From the IMG/VR virus record IMGVR_UViG_2526164702_000004, positions 1-64,000 of that record: a stretch of 64,000 nucleotides of DNA. One strand, given 5' to 3'. Positions 9,945 to 19,500 of the stretch are shown in pieces. A program made the position numbers and the translations under genes. Each line of letters starts with the position of its first letter. Position 1 is the first letter of the stretch. The DNA is from a virus. Its lineage: Duplodnaviria; Caudoviricetes. The notes under the pieces were generated by a model. It made no database searches and had not been told where the DNA came from. It saw only the letters and a list, made by a program, of their open reading frames with translations.

Positions 9945-11504
9945 TTATGCTGCGGCCATTGAAGTAGGTAAATTTTTTACAAGATAGAAACGGTAAGGTT
10001 GCAATACCGCAAGCCCACCATAAAATTCCACCATACCAGCCAGCTTTCTTTGATAAACCGCGTTAGGTGGAAATTTTGTCTGAAGCATCGGTAACATTCG
10101 AAACATCTGATACGTTCTTGTTTGGTTTAAAGGAGATTGTGCGTTAAAATCACCCATTACTCCTTCGGTGCAACCAGGAATCCACTCATTGACGTCGGAA
10201 TAAACTGTTGTTGCTCCACTAGAAGACTTAGCTATTCGTTCTATTAATCTAAAATCCCCATTTCCTGGCTGAGATTCCCTGAAAATCTGATAATAATCAG
10301 CAACTTCACCAGATCCCGCTGGTGTAATTGTTAGAATAATGGATCTTCCTTTTACCATATTACTTGGAGTTGTCACCGTAGCCGAAGCCGCACTCCTTCC
10401 GTATCGATTACATGCCACGATTTTGTAACTGATTGCAGAGTCAGCATTGGATCTATCTTTAATGTCGGAAAATTTCCATTTAGATCCGAAAATAGATCCT
10501 CCTGAAACAACTGCAGTTGCCGTTGGCTGATCAGGCGCTTTTGGGTTTGTTTTTCCAGGAGTTTTTACTCCATTTGCATCTCTGTAAGTAGGGAGGGGAA
10601 CAAGGTGTCTATTAATCCAAAGATCGGTTTTAAAATCCAGTTTATTGTTACGCAATGGAGCTCCAATCAAACTTGGAATATTATAACCAATTGAAGGATC
10701 GCCATTTGAGGGTTGGGCAATAAATTCCTTTGCACCTACGTAATAATTATCTAATACATTCTTCACAGAATCATGTAACCAGAATTCATTTACGAAACCA
10801 AAATGTGTTCGAATGTTCACAGCTAATTCTTTGATACTTTTTAAATCTGGAAATCCACCTTGTGCATCGTAAACCTGTCCAGCCTTTACGAGTTCGGTTA
10901 CGAAACCGCTGAATTCAAGGCCATTGATCCCTTTATTCCCGTACCAAATTGAATAGGCAATGGTCTGCATGATTCTATTAATTGCTCCCTCAACTTGGAT
11001 TGCTTCTGGATCAAACGAACCAGTGTCAGACATATCTAGAACCTTCGAAACTGCATAACCCTCTGCTAGATAGGAAACTAAATTTGCAATTCGATCAATA
11101 GTTACATCTTTGAATTCCGCATCATCCGCCTCACCGACAAACGAGAAATCACCATTTCCACCCCAATCCAAAATTCTTCCATAGACGTTAAGAGTGGATT
11201 TGGTATCTTTGTAATGCATTGTGTTTAGAAATTTGTAGTCATCGCTAGATTGTGCAAATAACACCATTTCTTCATCTAATGAATGTATTGTTGTAGCAGC
11301 TCCATTTGTAAGAGCAGCAACATCCGTAATCCCTTGAGAGTTTGCGTTAAAAGTTTTAGTGAATTCGGTTAGAGATTTGATGTCCGTAAACGTTGCTGGA
11401 ACTAATCCTAGCATAACGTAAGAAGGATCTCCGAGCCCTAGAAGGTTCCCAGCCATCAAAAAAATAAACGAAACTAAAACTAGCCAAATATTTTTAAGTT
11501 TCAT
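9945..11504 (-). CDS. major capsid protein, SPO1/Twort-like
   Basis: Colinear resemblance to the recalled phage K/A511 Cps: GLEFSG, PKAPDQPTAT, SYKIV, MLPM, FYGGLAVLQP. Confidence 0.88.
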   Translation of the reverse strand: MKLKNIWLVLVSFIFLMAGNLLGLGDPSYVMLGLVPATFTDIKSLTEFTKTFNANSQGITDVAALTNGAATTIHSLDEEMVLFAQSSDDYKFLNTMHYKDTKSTLNVYGRILDWGGNGDFSFVGEADDAEFKDVTIDRIANLVSYLAEGYAVSKVLDMSDTGSFDPEAIQVEGAINRIMQTIAYSIWYGNKGINGLEFSGFVTELVKAGQVYDAQGGFPDLKSIKELAVNIRTHFGFVNEFWLHDSVKNVLDNYYVGAKEFIAQPSNGDPSIGYNIPSLIGAPLRNNKLDFKTDLWINRHLVPLPTYRDANGVKTPGKTNPKAPDQPTATAVVSGGSIFGSKWKFSDIKDRSNADSAISYKIVACNRYGRSAASATVTTPSNMVKGRSIILTITPAGSGEVADYYQIFRESQPGNGDFRLIERIAKSSSGATTVYSDVNEWIPGCTEGVMGDFNAQSPLNQTRTYQMFRMLPMLQTKFPPNAVYQRKLAGMVEFYGGLAVLQPYRFYLVKNLPTSMAAA

Positions 11505-12224
11505 CTAGTTTCCTCCTTGTGAAGATTTTAAAAATAATTTTGCAGGTTCTGTGAGTATCCCTTGAGATTTGTAAATTTGCAAATCTCCAATGCTAAGAAC
11601 CTTTTCCTGTGCTCCTTTATAAAGGATCTTTATGATCTGTTCTCTATTGCCGAGTTGGTCATCTGTAATCTGATCAATGGATGTTATGGTTCTTTTTCCA
11701 TCTTGTGGAAGTCCGCCGATTTTTTGAATTTCCGATTTTAGAAAATTAATCTCGGTCTTGAACTCTGAGATTTGTTTTTCCGAAGCTTCGTTGTCTTTGA
11801 TTAAAAGAGCGAGAACCTCACCATGTTCTTTAGATCTATTACCAAAAGAGTTTAAAGATTTGCTGAACTGCTTAAGATCGCTTCTAAGTTTCAAAGAAGC
11901 AAATCCACCTTTTTGCATCGATTTGTCTGGTTCGTTACCAGATGGAATGTCTTCATCGACGATTTCTTTGATCGTATCCCAAACAGTTTGAGAATCTTCA
12001 TCCTCAAGTCCATTCGCTTTGCACCATTCTTTGATCGCGGCTTCTTCTACTTTAACTTCACCTTTCTCAATCGCTGCCTGAAGTTTTGAAATAAGTTCGT
12101 CAGTAATTGCAGATTCGGAATCATCCTGATCTTCGCTATCATCCTGAGGAGGAGTAGAAGCGGTTTCTGATTTCATAAACGGACTCAAGAAACCCTTCTT
12201 CCATTTTTCGTATTTATCTTTCAT
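11505..12224 (-). CDS. putative capsid scaffolding protein
   Basis: Acidic coiled coil between protease and capsid genes. Confidence 0.65.
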   Translation of the reverse strand: MKDKYEKWKKGFLSPFMKSETASTPPQDDSEDQDDSESAITDELISKLQAAIEKGEVKVEEAAIKEWCKANGLEDEDSQTVWDTIKEIVDEDIPSGNEPDKSMQKGGFASLKLRSDLKQFSKSLNSFGNRSKEHGEVLALLIKDNEASEKQISEFKTEINFLKSEIQKIGGLPQDGKRTITSIDQITDDQLGNREQIIKILYKGAQEKVLSIGDLQIYKSQGILTEPAKLFLKSSQGGN

Positions 12225-12234
12225 TTATTGCTCC

Positions 12235-13110
12235 TTAACCTTTTTGGTCTAAATGAACTAACAGTTTAGCGGATTGCCCGCTCGCTTCCTGTACGCTGAG
12301 TCCGTATCGAACCATGAAATCTCGAATAGGTTCGAATTCCTGTTTTAAAATTCCGGCTTCCATATATTTGATAAGCGCATCAGAAACGTAATCTCTATAT
12401 CCCCATGATTGCATAATGTATCCTGAAATTGCTTCATTGAGTGTCCCTGGAATAGGTGGAAGAGTTTCGATTTTTCCACCTACAATTTCGCTCGGAGGCG
12501 AACTGATAAGACCTGAATTGAAAGTTTGCGCCAGAACAGATTTCATCAAAACCATTTGTGTGTCTGGATTAACAGCCTCTCCAGGTGGACAGATAGCGAT
12601 GTGACCAATTCTTGCTCGATCGTAAGTGTTTGGGCCGTATTTAGAAATTGTTTCTTGTTTCGGTTTATAAAAACCACCTGCAGCTGAAGCCTCAAGTCCA
12701 GTAAACCCGTCTTCGAGTAAAGGTATATACGGTTTTATGAATTCGTTTTCTGTGTTTATCCTTGCTTTACAATAAAGACCATCATTCTCCCAAAAATATT
12801 CACCTGTTGGACGACCAAGGACCGCACCCTGTCTTGCTTTCTCTATTTCAGCGCGATTGATAGGAGAATCTGATTTCGAAAATGTTAAAACATAAGAAAG
12901 ATGATTCCAATCTACATAAGATTTGGTTTTAAAATATTCCTTGTCATCCGGATGATCCCATGCGCATTTTAGAATCATGTCACCTTGACGATCTCTTGAT
13001 TCACTTGAGATCTTAAGTAAGACGTTAAGCATCTTTCCTTCTCTTTCAACATCCTTAATTTGTGCTGATTTAAGAAAGGATCGTTTTTCGATTGCATTGA
13101 AATCACTCAC
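12235..13110 (-). CDS. prohead protease
   Basis: SSESRDRQGD, VDWNH, LEASAAG and IAICPPGEAVNPDT motifs; position. Confidence 0.8.
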   Translation of the reverse strand: MSDFNAIEKRSFLKSAQIKDVEREGKMLNVLLKISSESRDRQGDMILKCAWDHPDDKEYFKTKSYVDWNHLSYVLTFSKSDSPINRAEIEKARQGAVLGRPTGEYFWENDGLYCKARINTENEFIKPYIPLLEDGFTGLEASAAGGFYKPKQETISKYGPNTYDRARIGHIAICPPGEAVNPDTQMVLMKSVLAQTFNSGLISSPPSEIVGGKIETLPPIPGTLNEAISGYIMQSWGYRDYVSDALIKYMEAGILKQEFEPIRDFMVRYGLSVQEASGQSAKLLVHLDQKG

Positions 13111-13510
13111 TTGAAATTACCTCTGTGACTCGAATTCGTCTTGTTCCGATTGCTTTTATTAAAAGTTGTTCTGGTTGAAAACCACCCAAAGCAACGACTT
13201 CTGCTTCGTGCCAGTCACCATTAATTTTTGATTGAAATTGTATTTTTGCAGGATCACCTGCCTTGATCCCATTTTGTGGATCGGAATCTATGTAGTTTGC
13301 AAAAAGAAAAACCGCATTGATTATTTTGTAACGTGCAAGATCCATTTGAATCGGAGTTACTTGTGTATCTCTTACACGGTTATCTATATCAAAAAAATCT
13401 CCGAAACTTCCCGCTTCAAAATCGTAATCTATAGATTTTGTCGGAAAGGGAGTTAGTCCGCCATTTTCATTCACAAGCGAAATGTCGATTTTTACTCGGA
13501 GACGATTCAT
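13103..13510 (-). CDS. hypothetical structural protein
   Basis: Coupled ORF in the head operon. Confidence 0.5.
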   Translation of the reverse strand: MNRLRVKIDISLVNENGGLTPFPTKSIDYDFEAGSFGDFFDIDNRVRDTQVTPIQMDLARYKIINAVFLFANYIDSDPQNGIKAGDPAKIQFQSKINGDWHEAEVVALGGFQPEQLLIKAIGTRRIRVTEVISSE

Positions 13511-13839
13511 TAAAATACCGGTATAAAATAACCGGAAACTTCTGAAATACCGGTTAGAGTTGCACTTTCAACAGCAAAAGGAACTGTAAATTGTTCATTA
13601 CCATTACCATTCCTGATGTAATTTTGAACATTATCCTTAGCGGAGTTATTCATAAAATCGATAGCCCAAGGACCAGATGCTCTTACTTCTAGAATAACAA
13701 AAATACGCTTAGAATCATTAAGGACAATTTTCGGATTTGGTATCGGCACACCTTCTTCATTTACCGTAACCAAAGGAGTCGTAAAATGATTATTGATTCT
13801 TGATAACTCAAGGTCCTGAATAGTGAAAGTTTTACGCAC
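13510..13839 (-). CDS. hypothetical structural protein
   Basis: Coupled ORF in the head operon. Confidence 0.5.
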   Translation of the reverse strand: MRKTFTIQDLELSRINNHFTTPLVTVNEEGVPIPNPKIVLNDSKRIFVILEVRASGPWAIDFMNNSAKDNVQNYIRNGNGNEQFTVPFAVESATLTGISEVSGYFIPVF

Positions 13840-14629
13840 TTTTACCCACCCATAGATTAATTGTATGTGTTGTTAAAAACGGAGTGGATCCGGAGGCGTT
13901 ATCAATAGTTAGAATTGTTCCATTGATAGATATAATTCCATCCCATGCAACTTGAACACCTGGACTAGTTGTTAGAACTACCCGAATATCTTGTAAGATC
14001 GGCTGAAAATCAAAAGCAAATCTCATCTTTCCAAGAGCTACTTCTACTGCTGTTGGAACTCTTTTTACAAATCCAGACAGAACAGTTCCAGGTTTTTGAC
14101 CAACAATAGAATTCGGTGATGCCCATTGATTATTTGTGCCAACCATCGTAGATCCAAAAGACGTCAGTGATTCAAAATTTTTGTTGATAGTAAGAATTTC
14201 ATTATCCGACATTTTTAATGCCAAAACTTCTGAACGACTTTGGGTATTGATTGCATACGCAATTGCAGATGATACGGTAGTAGGCGTATCATCTGAATGA
14301 GTGATGATTCCAATTCTTCCTTCAGGAACACCTACTTGCGCTCGATCGAATTGAAAGGTAAAGGCTCCGATAGTAATCGTCTCCCCATCCGAAACGTTTG
14401 AGACCAATCGGAGAATATTTATGCCGAGGAATCCTGGATCATTTAAGACATCAACCCAACGTAACCCGTCCCAAAAAAGAATTCTTCCCGTATCAGATTC
14501 TCTTATAAATAAAGGATCGCTCCCTGCTTTTAAATTGAGTCCAGCTCTCTCTGCAGAAGTCAGAAGAACTTCTGATTTCAACATGTCGCTCTGATTATAT
14601 TGGATTTTTTGGTGAATGTCCGGGCTCAT
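13832..14629 (-). CDS. putative head decoration/fibre protein
   Basis: Beta-rich, Thr/Gly-rich (DGETITIGAFTFQFD); first gene after a late promoter. Confidence 0.45.
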   Translation of the reverse strand: MSPDIHQKIQYNQSDMLKSEVLLTSAERAGLNLKAGSDPLFIRESDTGRILFWDGLRWVDVLNDPGFLGINILRLVSNVSDGETITIGAFTFQFDRAQVGVPEGRIGIITHSDDTPTTVSSAIAYAINTQSRSEVLALKMSDNEILTINKNFESLTSFGSTMVGTNNQWASPNSIVGQKPGTVLSGFVKRVPTAVEVALGKMRFAFDFQPILQDIRVVLTTSPGVQVAWDGIISINGTILTIDNASGSTPFLTTHTINLWVGKSA

Positions 14630-14660
14630 TAATCTCTCCGCAATGCAAATTGCTGAAGAC

Positions 14661-14691
14661 GGACAAGAGAAATCCTTTTAAGGAATTGCAA
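14661..14691 (-). promoter_or_regulatory. putative late promoter TTGCAA-N19-TTGTCC
   Basis: Conserved geometry; upstream of the head operon. Confidence 0.6.
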
Positions 14692-14707
14692 GTAAAAAAA
14701 ATAATGA

Positions 14708-14738
14708 TTGTCAAAAAAATCTAAAGAAGCTTTTGTCC
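14708..14738 (+). promoter_or_regulatory. putative late promoter TTGTCA-N19-TTGTCC (divergent)
   Basis: Conserved geometry; 6 nt before ATG at 14745. Confidence 0.55.
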
Positions 14739-14744
14739 TAGAGT

Positions 14745-15107
14745 ATGCAAGACCAACCGAACATTCCACAATCAGAATTCATAATGTTACACGCTGCCAT
14801 TGATCGTATCTTTAATCTTCATGCAGAAGGGAAGATCGCCATATATCCTTCCCAAATTAAAAAACTGAAAGACATTCGTCAAAAGCCAACTTACCTAACG
14901 CACGCACAACGAAATTTAACGCTTTCTGTTATAGATGCAATTTTCATAAACCATCGAAATCTATACGATATAATGACCCCAAAACAAAAGAAGATGAAAG
15001 CGCCTAAGCCTGAATTAAACGCCCTCTATAATCGTATTAGAATTATTCACACTGAGATTCTCGATAATTTGAAGCAACTAATACCTTTGACATCTCAATC
15101 AGCTTGA
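14745..15107 (+). CDS. hypothetical protein, opposite strand in the structural region
   Basis: 120-aa ORF with its own late-type promoter. Confidence 0.55.
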   Translation: MQDQPNIPQSEFIMLHAAIDRIFNLHAEGKIAIYPSQIKKLKDIRQKPTYLTHAQRNLTLSVIDAIFINHRNLYDIMTPKQKKMKAPKPELNALYNRIRIIHTEILDNLKQLIPLTSQSA

Positions 15108-15450
15108 GCGGATCCCTTCCTAAACTTAGAATTTGAGCCAAGAATAGATTTCCGGTCCAGTAGAAATATCCTACAATACCTACGTAAGTGCCCATCGAAT
15201 AAATATCAATTTTAGGTGGAACTTTTGAAACATGTACAATTGTAAAACCTGCAAATGATTGAACAAATTTCGAAAGTTTTTGAAATCCAAATCTAAAAAG
15301 TGCTAATACAATCCTCCTATGTATAGGATTCATATTTTCATCATGGAATTTTTTAGAAAATCCCAAAAGTTCGAATGATTCCTTGTTTAAAATTTCATGA
15401 ACCCGTTTTTTCTCAAAGCGCCTCGAAAATGCTCTAGTTGCTCTTCCCAT
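15043..15450 (-). CDS. hypothetical protein
   Basis: 135-aa ORF; 3' end overlaps 14745..15107 convergently. Confidence 0.4.
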   Translation of the reverse strand: MGRATRAFSRRFEKKRVHEILNKESFELLGFSKKFHDENMNPIHRRIVLALFRFGFQKLSKFVQSFAGFTIVHVSKVPPKIDIYSMGTYVGIVGYFYWTGNLFLAQILSLGRDPLKLIEMSKVLVASNYRESQCE

Positions 15451-15502
15451 TCTTTTTCTGGTTTATCGCCTCTATAAGTGGCAAAAAACTTCTCTCCTTC
15501 TT

Positions 15503-16453
15503 TTATAAAATTGCTAAACGTTTTGGTTTGTATCTTTCAATAATTCCAGGACCAATCACTTTTAACCTATTATAGAGTTCTAATTGCCTTGCTCCGAAGA
15601 GAGAAGATGTTGCTGATTGTGTAGTGGAAATTGATTCGTGTAATGGTCCAACTCCTACAGAATAGGAGGCGATTGCACCTGCTTTAGATTCACCATGTGC
15701 AGACATGACCCTCAAACATGCCAACATTCCAATCACTTCACACAACTCCGCTGGCACTCTAGCAGCTGAATCGTACCCAGAAATAAAATCAATATAATGA
15801 ACTGTTGGAACCCTTGTTTGAGGAAGTCCTGCAAATACTCTTTGTGATCTTATTGCTGCATTCGGATTAAAATTGAAACCGTTTCCAAGCATCCCGACAG
15901 ATCGCAAAATCCCGGACTCGTAAATTATTCTTGATTTGCTTAAAAGATCAATAGACATTCCATCTGGAACATTGTCTGAGCTACGTGAGACTGGATTCAC
16001 AAATTCCCAACGTAAAACTCTATTCAACGGTGCTTTTCCTAATGATACAAAAAAATTATTCCCAACATCATCATTTTTGTAATCTATTGGATCAAACCAT
16101 TTGGCATGATCTTCTATGAATCGAGGAAGGTTTCCCTTGGGTCTGTGGCGGTAGACTTGTGGGTATATATCATGCTCTAGTTCGTTCGATAAGGCTAACG
16201 TTATCCTATGGATTAACCCTTGGAGATTCTCATTGGTAATATAAGATCCGTCCGTTGACATCAACCTGGAATTTCCGATCATCCAAGAATATCGAATTTC
16301 ATCCGTGGTTACTACAGAACCCCATCCACCTTGTACAGGCAAACCAGGTTCGAACGTCCCAACTTCTTTTCCGGTAAAACACCTTTCTAATAGATTGCGA
16401 TTTGCTTCTTTATCTGGGTTGTCAAAAAGAAAACCTTTCCAACTATTTGCCAT
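15503..16453 (-). CDS. head-tail adaptor-like protein
   Basis: IDFISGY...VPAELCEVIGMLA and SYSVGVGPLHESIS resemble gp15/gp6-type adaptors. Confidence 0.55.
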   Translation of the reverse strand: MANSWKGFLFDNPDKEANRNLLERCFTGKEVGTFEPGLPVQGGWGSVVTTDEIRYSWMIGNSRLMSTDGSYITNENLQGLIHRITLALSNELEHDIYPQVYRHRPKGNLPRFIEDHAKWFDPIDYKNDDVGNNFFVSLGKAPLNRVLRWEFVNPVSRSSDNVPDGMSIDLLSKSRIIYESGILRSVGMLGNGFNFNPNAAIRSQRVFAGLPQTRVPTVHYIDFISGYDSAARVPAELCEVIGMLACLRVMSAHGESKAGAIASYSVGVGPLHESISTTQSATSSLFGARQLELYNRLKVIGPGIIERYKPKRLAIL

Positions 16454-16460
16454 AAGTTCG

Positions 16461-16491
16461 GGACAAATTTATTAATAAATTTTTTAGTCAA
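16461..16491 (-). promoter_or_regulatory. putative late promoter TTGACT-N19-TTGTCC
   Basis: Conserved geometry; 7 nt before ATG. Confidence 0.65.
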
Positions 16492-16501
16492 GAGTATATT
16501 T

Positions 16502-19500
16502 CTAACATGCGGATTTCAGGAATCGTTTTAAAGTAAACCTGTTTCTAATTTCTAGATCCAAGGCTAAGGATTTTCTATACTCATTTATTCCGGCAACAGA
16601 CAAAAGTTCGCCAACATGTTTTTTAACAATCGCATCAATAGATTCATTTGCTTTGTTCTTTTCTTTTTCTGCGAGTTCTTTTGTAAACTTAGCAATATAC
16701 TCTTCTTTCTTGTTCCCAAGAATTTCACTAACTTTTTCTGATAATGTATCCGACTCACCAAGAAGTTTGTTTGCTTCGGCTTCGGCTTTTTCTAAATCAC
16801 TTAGTCCTTTTTTCTCTAAGTTATCTTCGTTTCTTTTTAACTTAGCTTTTTTTATCGCTAATTTTGCTGCTATATCTTGGATTGTCTTCTTTTGATAGCT
16901 AATTCCAAGTTCAGAATGTGGCCCATAACTTTCATAGCGTCCTGTCTCTTTAAGTTTGTTAAACTCCTCCAAATTTTCTTTTAATTCCTTTTTTTCTCTG
17001 TTTAACGAGTTCTCTTCGTTACTAATTAAATTTCTTAGCTCTCTAATTTCATCGACAATTCCCTGGAGCGTGAATGATCGGCCTCGAAGATCCTTAGACT
17101 CTTGTCTTACCTTTGCAGCTTCCTCATTGACGACAAATTGTGCTTTTCTTTTTGGATCTCTAATAATCTCAGTTTTTAATTCCTCTGGATTTATATCCGA
17201 AACATCTATTGCAGCCGATCCACTCCTTTCGAAAATCTGGTTGATGCGAGAAATCTTTTCGGATTGTTTTTGATAAAGTTTTGAATCAATAGAATCTTCC
17301 ATCAATATATCAATCCACTGAACGTTTTTTTGTAAGTTTCCAGGTCTATGATGTCTCCCTCTTTTCTGAACTTCGGTAGTCGGATTCCAGTCGATCGAAG
17401 CATTATACGCCGCAATTGTATTATTATTTAAGGATACTCCCTCTTTTATAACGTCCGATCCAATGAGGATTTTACAAGGATGTTCGCTGGAATTAAATTG
17501 ATCAGAAATTTCAGTGAATCTAGATAATCCTTGTTTAGCAAGTTCCGGATCCTTTGCTTTTTTAATTTTAGTGTCCGATGTTAGGACACCAATCGCATCT
17601 TCTGGAATTCCATGCTTTACCATTAGATATTGTTTAATTTTCGAAATGTATTCAACACCCTTCGGCATAAACATCAATTGACCCGGAATTCTTTCCCCAG
17701 GTTTTGATTTCTTATACTGATTATAAAATTCTGCAAGGGAATCAGCTATAAACTGAAGTTTCGGAGATCTTTCTACAATATCCTTATCACCTTCTGGATT
17801 GATTTCGCCTGCATAATTCCAAACTTCGCCTTCTCCTTTTTTAACTAAGGCAGGAGAAATATTCATCATTTGTTGCGAAAGAATAGAAACTAAAGAAGCT
17901 CCCCCAAGAGCACCTCCAGACGCATCTCTCAAATCATACATTGATTCAAGTCGATTGCGTATCTGTTCTTGTTCACTTGTTAAGGGGAGAGTGATTGCTT
18001 TCATTTTCAGGTTCGGTCGTTCAACTCCATTTGCGTCCCCTGATTGGAAGTCAAAATACTCCGAAATTAAATTCTGTAACGCTTGTGCATTTTTAAAGGA
18101 ACGAACAACTTGCTTATTAACAACCTTCCCGTTTCCTTCGATCACATTTTCATATCGCGTTTCAACAAACGTTCCAAGAAAATCTCGAACGTTCGTTATT
18201 CCCATTTTTTCCATTCTTTTTTTCGCAACAATTGAAAGAAGTGAGTAGATTTGTAGGGGATTGTTAGTAAATGGTGTAGCACTCAATAATAAAACGTTTC
18301 GATCATTGTTTTTTTCAAGGATATGTCTTGCCGCCAGCCATAGCTTAATTCCTCGAGCAGATGGAGTACCACCTGTGATTCCATCAAACTCGTTAACTCC
18401 TGTATCGTCTTCTCGACCCTTTAATTTATTTTCAGTCTTGCCTTTAGTTGATGCTACATCCACAAAAATGTTATTAAAATTGTGGGCTTCATCGATTGTG
18501 ATATGATCAAATCCAGCCTTATCAAAAAGTAAATCTGATCGAGTGCCTTTAACTGCTTCCGATACGATTGAATTGGATTTTTCATCCATTTGAGCTTTTT
18601 CTCTTTTCTTTTCTTTTGAGTTATCTGGGTTGTAAATTTGATCGCGCACTTGGTTTGTTAGCTCTTCATACCTTTCATTACTAAATCCAAATTGAGTAAA
18701 TGCATCGTAGGACATGATTGTAACTACTCCTTCCTCAACCTGGAAACCATTCTCTGACTTATTTAAATTATTTAGCTCTGGACTTCCGACCATTTGGACA
18801 GGCACATTCGGAAATCGCTCTTTAAATTCTAGGGCCCAGTTTTGCAAGACAGAAGTTGGTACAATTATTAAAGGTCTCTTGCATTTACCTGACTGCATCG
18901 CTGAAATATTCGAAGCCATTCCCGTCCAAGTTTTACCTAGTCCTACTTCGTGTGTGGCACACCCAACTCCTTGTGTCATAAACCTTGATATGAAATTTGT
19001 TTGCGTTGGTCTAAAATCTTGCTTATTTCCTTTAAATAATTTAGACATCCCTTCCAGTACTACTGGTATCTTTGATCCATCAATATTAACTACAGAATTA
19101 TATTGCTCATTCCATTTTTTAGTTAGATCAGCGCGTTCGTCATTACTTAACGATTCCTGAATAAACTGTTGAAATAGTTTATTTCCTATTTCTTTTCTCT
19201 CTTTCTTTTTTAACTTATTCGTTTCTATTTTTGTGGTTTCGCCCGTGGTCTTATCGTAAACCACGTCGTTTCTTCCTGTTACCCTTTCGCCACTTAGATA
19301 TGCAAGAATATCTGATTTTGTAATTGTATAATTTGTAAAATACTCGCTTGGAAGACCACCTTTGTAATCAATTATCTTTCCTTCGTATTTACCGTAACGC
19401 CCTACGATCGGTTCACCCAAAATAAACTTTTTGAACTTTTCAATTAAGCTAGTATTATCTTCAAATATAAACCCTTTTGCAAATGGTTCAATAGGTGTTA

